A stretch of 23,594 bases of DNA from an uncultured archaeon (lineage in GTDB: Archaea; Asgardarchaeota; Thorarchaeia; Thorarchaeales; Thorarchaeaceae): positions 1 through 23,594 of the forward strand of contig CAZYLT010000016.1 of the NCBI GenBank assembly GCA_964648855.1. Reading direction: 5' to 3'. Positions 18,448 to 23,594 of the stretch are shown here, in pieces. Under the pieces are notes generated by a model, which ran no database searches, was not told where the DNA came from, and saw only the letters and a program-made list of their open reading frames with translations. Numbering within the stretch: position 1 is the stretch's first letter; every line of letters begins with the position of its first letter. The translations under genes were made by a program, and so were the position numbers.

Positions 18448-19692
18448 ATGAAGGATCAGAAAGAGAAGGAACCAGACCTCAGAAAACCTAAGATAGATGA
18501 AAAGCCAAGGGGGGCTGGCCTATCGCGTGATGCACTACACGCGCTTAGGAATATCATTCAGGGCTTGGTAGGTTATTCAGAGATCCTTATGGCCACACCA
18601 GAACTGCCGATGCAAGTGTACAACGACATCCATATGGTGTACGAGCTTGGGCTTGATGCAATGGAGACCATTAGGCAACCATCCAAATCGCCTACGCGTA
18701 CTGCACACGAATATGAGGTTCAAAATATAGATGAATTGATGCGAAACATAGCAGATTCAGCTTGTAACGAATCTGAGAGAGCGATTGATATTGTATTAGA
18801 TTCTGAAGACGAAAGCTACTACGCAAGATTAGACCTTGCTAGCTTTCGATGGTCAATTCTGAGCTTCATTCTATACCTTAGCCAACTCTACCCTGAGGAA
18901 TCTGAAATTTCCATTGGTCTCAAAGCAATAGAAATAGATGTGTCCACCTACGAAGGGCCAGATGAACCCCCTCCTACAAAATGGATTGAGATCAGAATCA
19001 CAATTCCGGTGATTTGTGATATAACCAATGACGAGCTCCCTCTTGAGATGCTAGTTGCTGCTAGAGACCGGTTCCTAGATGTGGTGAAACCATTGCTCAT
19101 TGGGTCCTACCTCTCAATCCGACGGCATGGTGGTCATGCCTTCCGTTTAGGGACGAAGGACGCTGTGACTGGTTTTGCAGTTTTAATCCCACAGGCCGAA
19201 CAGGACATGAATGAACCAGTAGTAGAAGAATCATTGAATATCGAAACTACGGATGAGGTGACGACTCAAGTAGATATCAGTGCGTCCAAAGATTCTCCTG
19301 CAGGTGTACCAAAGATTCTGGTTATCGATGATGATAAAGTTGTTCTTGACGTTGTAGTTGGAATGTTAGAGCAGATCGGATTTCGTTCAATAGGTGCTAC
19401 TACCGTTGATTCTGCAATATATCAGTTTGAGAAGGAACATGAGCATATACCCTTGGTCATCTCTGACGTAGTGATGCCAAAAATGCACGGAGTGGAGCTA
19501 GTTCGTATATTGAAGGAGATTGACCCCCATGTCAGAATAGTGTTAATGACTGGGTATTTTTCAGATGTCCCTGACGACGAGCTGCATGATATTGATATTT
19601 CTGGGTGGATTGAGAAACCCATGAACATGACCCGGCTACAACATACCGTCGAGCAGGCTTTAGAGATGCGACTGAATGATGTGTCTGAGTGA
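18448..19692 (+). CDS. Hybrid signalling protein: HisKA-like H-box, degenerate HATPase domain, C-terminal receiver
   Basis: LHALRNIIQGLVGYSEIL H-box. REC motifs VIDDD, ISDVVMP, MTGY and KP are intact. ATG 18448 preferred over GTG 18439 because AAGGTG lies at SD distance. Confidence 0.85.
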   Translation: MKDQKEKEPDLRKPKIDEKPRGAGLSRDALHALRNIIQGLVGYSEILMATPELPMQVYNDIHMVYELGLDAMETIRQPSKSPTRTAHEYEVQNIDELMRNIADSACNESERAIDIVLDSEDESYYARLDLASFRWSILSFILYLSQLYPEESEISIGLKAIEIDVSTYEGPDEPPPTKWIEIRITIPVICDITNDELPLEMLVAARDRFLDVVKPLLIGSYLSIRRHGGHAFRLGTKDAVTGFAVLIPQAEQDMNEPVVEESLNIETTDEVTTQVDISASKDSPAGVPKILVIDDDKVVLDVVVGMLEQIGFRSIGATTVDSAIYQFEKEHEHIPLVISDVVMPKMHGVELVRILKEIDPHVRIVLMTGYFSDVPDDELHDIDISGWIEKPMNMTRLQHTVEQALEMRLNDVSE

Positions 19693-20157
19693 CCCATCCC
19701 ATATGGTTCGTCACAGACCGTATTAAGAAGCCGGAAAATGAATGTCTGTTGACTTAATCGGTACAGTTATGCAGATTTCACACCACGCCGTCGTCAACCC
19801 AGGTGGAACCAAAGAGAGTAGTGTTCCATCGGCTCTACTATTTCAAGTACTCGAAATGACACTAAATCCCAAATTATGACAGCTCACTATTCTATTTCGC
19901 CTTGATTATCGATAGATGTGCTTAGAAAATGAATATGTAGTACATTTCTATTACAACAGCAATGTTATCAGTCATAAACAACACTATGAGTGTGTTTTAT
20001 TCAAGAGATTAAACGTAAGAACCAGCATGGTACATTGAATGCATGCTCCCATATTTGACCGAGTAACATTCATATCCTCATGCTCTTTCAATTTCTTGAT
20101 GAGGTTCAAATCCTAGTATCGCATATCTTTGAATGAACCGAAGAGGACGACATCCAA

Positions 20158-21258
20158 ATGAGCCATCATTCGACATTTGAATCAATGGTATTGGGTTCTA
20201 CAGATCTGGTCGTAGCCTTTAATTCGGATGGGTCGATCAATCTTGTCAACAAGGCCTTCTTGGATGCATTGGGGTATTCCAAGAAAGAACTTGATAGACT
20301 TGGAATTAGTCGTATAGTTTCACACGATTATGTTGATGATGTGAGGAATGCCATTGATAGTGTATTCAATGGATTGACGATTGATGGAATAGAAGCTGTC
20401 TTCTTGGCAAATGATGGAACTCCTGTGTATGTACAGGGGAATATCTTTCCCCGCAAAGAGAATGGTGATGTTGTCGCAGCTCAAGGATTCTTTCGCGATA
20501 GAACAGAAGAGAAGAAAGCTGAAACAAATAGCAAACTAGAGCGACAAAGAAGAGATTTCTTTGTGGACTTAATGACTCACGACCTCACCAATATAAATCA
20601 AGAGGTGTTCTCAACTTTCGAGATTCTTCTTCATAGTGAGGAACTTTCTCCCGAATTGGCTGAGCTAGTAAAAGGGGGATTGAAAGAAGTTCAGCGCGCT
20701 GCTAGCTTGATAGACAATGTGAAAAAGATATCTTACTTAATGACGAGCCAACCAAATATCAAATCTATCAATCTTCAACAGGCAATGAATCAATCACTTG
20801 AACGGGCCAAGAATGAGTTCGAGGATAAAGATATCGTAATCCAATCGAACCTTGAATCTCAAGATTACCATGTCTTGGCGGACGAATATCTTGGGGATGT
20901 GTTTCATAGTTTGCTGCACAACTCGATGAAATTTGCCCAAGGCAAGGATGTTCATGTGACTATTATGGCTGAGCCAATCATGCATACTCCCTTTGTGAGG
21001 ATTGAGGTTTCTGATAGAGGACCAGGTATCCCTGACTATGAAAAGGAAGGGATTTTCACAGACTCTTCTCATCGGCGAGAACGAATCTTAGGTCTTGGCC
21101 TTGGATTAACCTTGGTAAAGAAGCTTGTTGAGAATTACGGGGGACGGATTTTTGTCAAGGATAGAGTTGAAGGAGACCACACTCAAGGTGCAAGATTTGT
21201 GCTTCTCTTGAGACTTGCAAGTGAGCATCAACTGAACGATTCTAAGGGAGCTGAATAA
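20158..21258 (+). CDS. Cytoplasmic PAS-domain sensor histidine kinase
   Basis: PAS (VNKAFLDALGYS...DGTPVYV..FRDRTEEK), H-box THDLTNINQ, N-box LLHNSMKF, G1 DRGPGI, G2 GLGLGL. Confidence 0.93.
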   Translation: MSHHSTFESMVLGSTDLVVAFNSDGSINLVNKAFLDALGYSKKELDRLGISRIVSHDYVDDVRNAIDSVFNGLTIDGIEAVFLANDGTPVYVQGNIFPRKENGDVVAAQGFFRDRTEEKKAETNSKLERQRRDFFVDLMTHDLTNINQEVFSTFEILLHSEELSPELAELVKGGLKEVQRAASLIDNVKKISYLMTSQPNIKSINLQQAMNQSLERAKNEFEDKDIVIQSNLESQDYHVLADEYLGDVFHSLLHNSMKFAQGKDVHVTIMAEPIMHTPFVRIEVSDRGPGIPDYEKEGIFTDSSHRRERILGLGLGLTLVKKLVENYGGRIFVKDRVEGDHTQGARFVLLLRLASEHQLNDSKGAE

Positions 21259-21260
21259 AG

Positions 21261-21632
21261 ATGGTGAGTATACTAATAGTTGACGACGACAACTTTCTGC
21301 ACAAAGTACTTGAGAGAATTCTGACGATCGGAGGCCATCAGGTCATAGGTAATGCCTATAACGGAGCTGAGGCAATCGAGAAGTTTGTCGAACTTAACCC
21401 TAAACCTGATGTAATCCTGATGGATCATAGGATGCCGGTTATGAATGGTGCGACTGCAACAAGAGAGATTATGCAGATTGACCCGGACGCTCGGATTCTC
21501 TTCATCAGTGCAGATGATACCGTTAAAGATGAAGCATTGGAGTCCGGTGCTCAGGGCTTTCTAACAAAGCCGATAAGGAGTAATGTCCTCTTTTCCGCAA
21601 TAAGCGAATATGAACCTTCTAAAACTCTCTGA
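21261..21632 (+). CDS. Single-domain response regulator (CheY-like receiver)
   Basis: ILIVDDD, LMDHRMP, ISA, LTKP; starts 2 nt after the kinase stop. Confidence 0.95.
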   Translation: MVSILIVDDDNFLHKVLERILTIGGHQVIGNAYNGAEAIEKFVELNPKPDVILMDHRMPVMNGATATREIMQIDPDARILFISADDTVKDEALESGAQGFLTKPIRSNVLFSAISEYEPSKTL

Positions 21633-21647
21633 TTGTCCAACTCCTCC

Positions 21648-23063
21648 CTACATGTTCAAGGGTAATGTAATCTTGAATACGGCACCTTCTGCTCCCTTTG
21701 GTTCAATGTTTTCCATCATACCCCCGAGGGAATTTACGACCTTTCTAGAGAGATAGAGTCCAAGTCCACCGCCGCGTGTTGAGGCCCCCTTCTGGAATAG
21801 ACTGTCCTTCACTTCATCTGCAACACCTGGGCCGTCGTCGGATACTATGATGATAATGTTCTCATTATCAGACGTGATTGATACATCTATCTGACAATCC
21901 CTTCCCGCATGGATTGCACAATTTCGGAATAGGTTTTCAAACACAAGGGGTAACAATCTGCTCTCCACTATGAACAAATTCCTAGCTCTACATGTACTTT
22001 CCACATGAATTTTGATTCCTGTATGTATCCTCTCAGCATTGTTGGCTACAGAGCTAACCATGGTTGTGATATCTTGCTTTACTACCTCTCGTGACTTGCT
22101 GAATGCAGTCAGTAGTCTATTCATTCTCGAGGAAACCGCCTCTGTTGATGCGATTATTTCTTTTAGTTCTGAATCGTCTTCTCCTACAACCATCTTCAAG
22201 AAATCGACATTTCCTAGGATTATGCCCAGATCATTCTTCAAGTCATGACGAAGAAGTGAGGAATAGATTTCAAGCTCTACATGTTGCTGTTCTCTTATGC
22301 GCTGCCCTGTCTTCCGCTGGATATATTGGCCAAGCTCGGTAGCAAGTGTGTCAATGAGAATTCTCTCACCTTCATTGAATGGGTCGTCACCAGCTATTGG
22401 AACACCTTCCGAGTAGAAAATCTCTAACACCACCTCCATATCTTTTTCAGGGGCAAAGCACGATTCGAGGCGATGTTTTGATTCCGCAAACCCTGCAGAT
22501 TGAAAAGTATTATTGCCGAAGCTAATCCTTGACATTGCATAATCAGGGAACCGCCAACCCTCTAGAATAAGATGAGCAAAAGATTGCAACGTTTGAGAGA
22601 TTGGTTTCAGAAGGTCTGAAAGAAGGCGAGTTACATTTCTTAAGCACACGACTTGGTGTGCAATATGTGACAGCCGTTCCCTATTGGCTCTATCATTAGT
22701 TACGTCTCTTATTGATAGGACGGAAGCGAAGTCTATTCCTTCGCTGTCCAATTTGGTGAATGCCAATGAGAGAACCTGAGATCTTTCGCGGCATGTGGCC
22801 TCATAAGACCCTCTTTCTCTTACTTCCTTGAGGGCGACATTGAGCTTTTTCATAAGAATATCTGATGTCTTATCGCCTATCATTGAACTACATGAAACAC
22901 CTAAAAGCCTGCAAGCTTCTAGATTGGCATACTTAGTTCTCCCACCACTATCGATCAGGATTATTCCTTGAGGCGGAAATTCCTGTTGGGAATTGTTTTT
23001 CTTGTTTAAGTGTGGGTTCTCTTCAATTTCGTCTTCTCTTAGCATTTTCATCCCAATTGGCAT
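21648..23063 (-). CDS. PAS-domain sensor histidine kinase with an intervening GAF-like segment
   Basis: PAS (GIILID..G...YANLEACRLLG...IRDVT), H-box RHDLKNDL, N-box ENLFRN, G1 DDGPGV, G2 GGGLGL. Exact start uncertain among several Met codons. Confidence 0.92.
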   Translation of the reverse strand: MPIGMKMLREDEIEENPHLNKKNNSQQEFPPQGIILIDSGGRTKYANLEACRLLGVSCSSMIGDKTSDILMKKLNVALKEVRERGSYEATCRERSQVLSLAFTKLDSEGIDFASVLSIRDVTNDRANRERLSHIAHQVVCLRNVTRLLSDLLKPISQTLQSFAHLILEGWRFPDYAMSRISFGNNTFQSAGFAESKHRLESCFAPEKDMEVVLEIFYSEGVPIAGDDPFNEGERILIDTLATELGQYIQRKTGQRIREQQHVELEIYSSLLRHDLKNDLGIILGNVDFLKMVVGEDDSELKEIIASTEAVSSRMNRLLTAFSKSREVVKQDITTMVSSVANNAERIHTGIKIHVESTCRARNLFIVESRLLPLVFENLFRNCAIHAGRDCQIDVSITSDNENIIIIVSDDGPGVADEVKDSLFQKGASTRGGGLGLYLSRKVVNSLGGMMENIEPKGAEGAVFKITLPLNM

Positions 23064-23594
23064 CCTATTGCTCAGGGCAAGCGCTCTTCTAGCTTGGCCA
23101 GTCTTTCGTAATCCTAAATTCCTTAGCCTTGATTACCTTCTATCCAGTATATTTGACCATTTCTGGGCAGATTCATTACATACATCAGGGGTGTGTATCA
23201 TTTTAGGGTGTTTGACGCATTATTTTAGTGGTACTGTGTCTTGCAGTCGTTTGCGTGGTCGAGTTGCATTCCCGCGAAGGTATGCAGGGCTAATAAACGA
23301 TTATAGATAAGCCCATAATTTAGTCTTTTGATACCCTTTGAAGCGCATAAATTGCCCTTTGTAGCTATGAGAATCTAGGCCCTATCCCCAGACATGCACT
23401 GAAACGACTTGTTTCCGGTTGGATTTGCAGAGATTATGTCATTTTTGTGAGAGAGCGTATGGGAAGTTTGCACTTTTCTACAACTCCAGTTTCAATGGAT
23501 GCCAACACATCATATTCGGAGTAATTCTATACTCTTGTATAATACCATTCTCTCACACTTTTGTCTCTTAATACTAGAAACTCTACAGATGAAA

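Noticed and set aside
22993-23594. 105-aa plus-strand ORF and the terminal region
   Set aside because: The ORF overlaps the kinase start antisense and has no motifs; no supportable feature in the remaining AT-rich sequence.

Overview
Archaeal-looking window; Asgard, probably Thorarchaeia, is my inference from promoter/SD style and gene content. It opens with the 3' end of a DtxR/MntR-family regulator. A ~1.6 kb mostly non-coding zone follows, holding a decayed, internally deleted tnpB element with a retained ~400-nt structured right-end region, a duplicated 14-nt end motif, a second structured segment and a DtxR-box-like palindrome. The core is a two-gene operon of giant membrane-anchored surface proteins behind a structured leader that could hide the SD. 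Protein 1 (2158 aa) has a possible dead caspase-like head, ~600 aa of amphipathic helices, a hydrophobic beta-strand domain, ~26 TSP3-like Ca2+ repeats, an Ig-like domain, a TM helix and a Lys-rich tail. Protein 2 (~2644 aa) has several FG-GAP beta-propellers with nested inserts and a TM helix. Downstream are an aldo/keto reductase, a C-GCAxxG-C-C protein, an unannotated ~150-nt multi-branched RNA candidate and a two-component cluster (pseudokinase-REC hybrid, PAS kinase, stand-alone REC, convergent PAS kinase). All domain and RNA calls come from manual motif reading; no searches were run.
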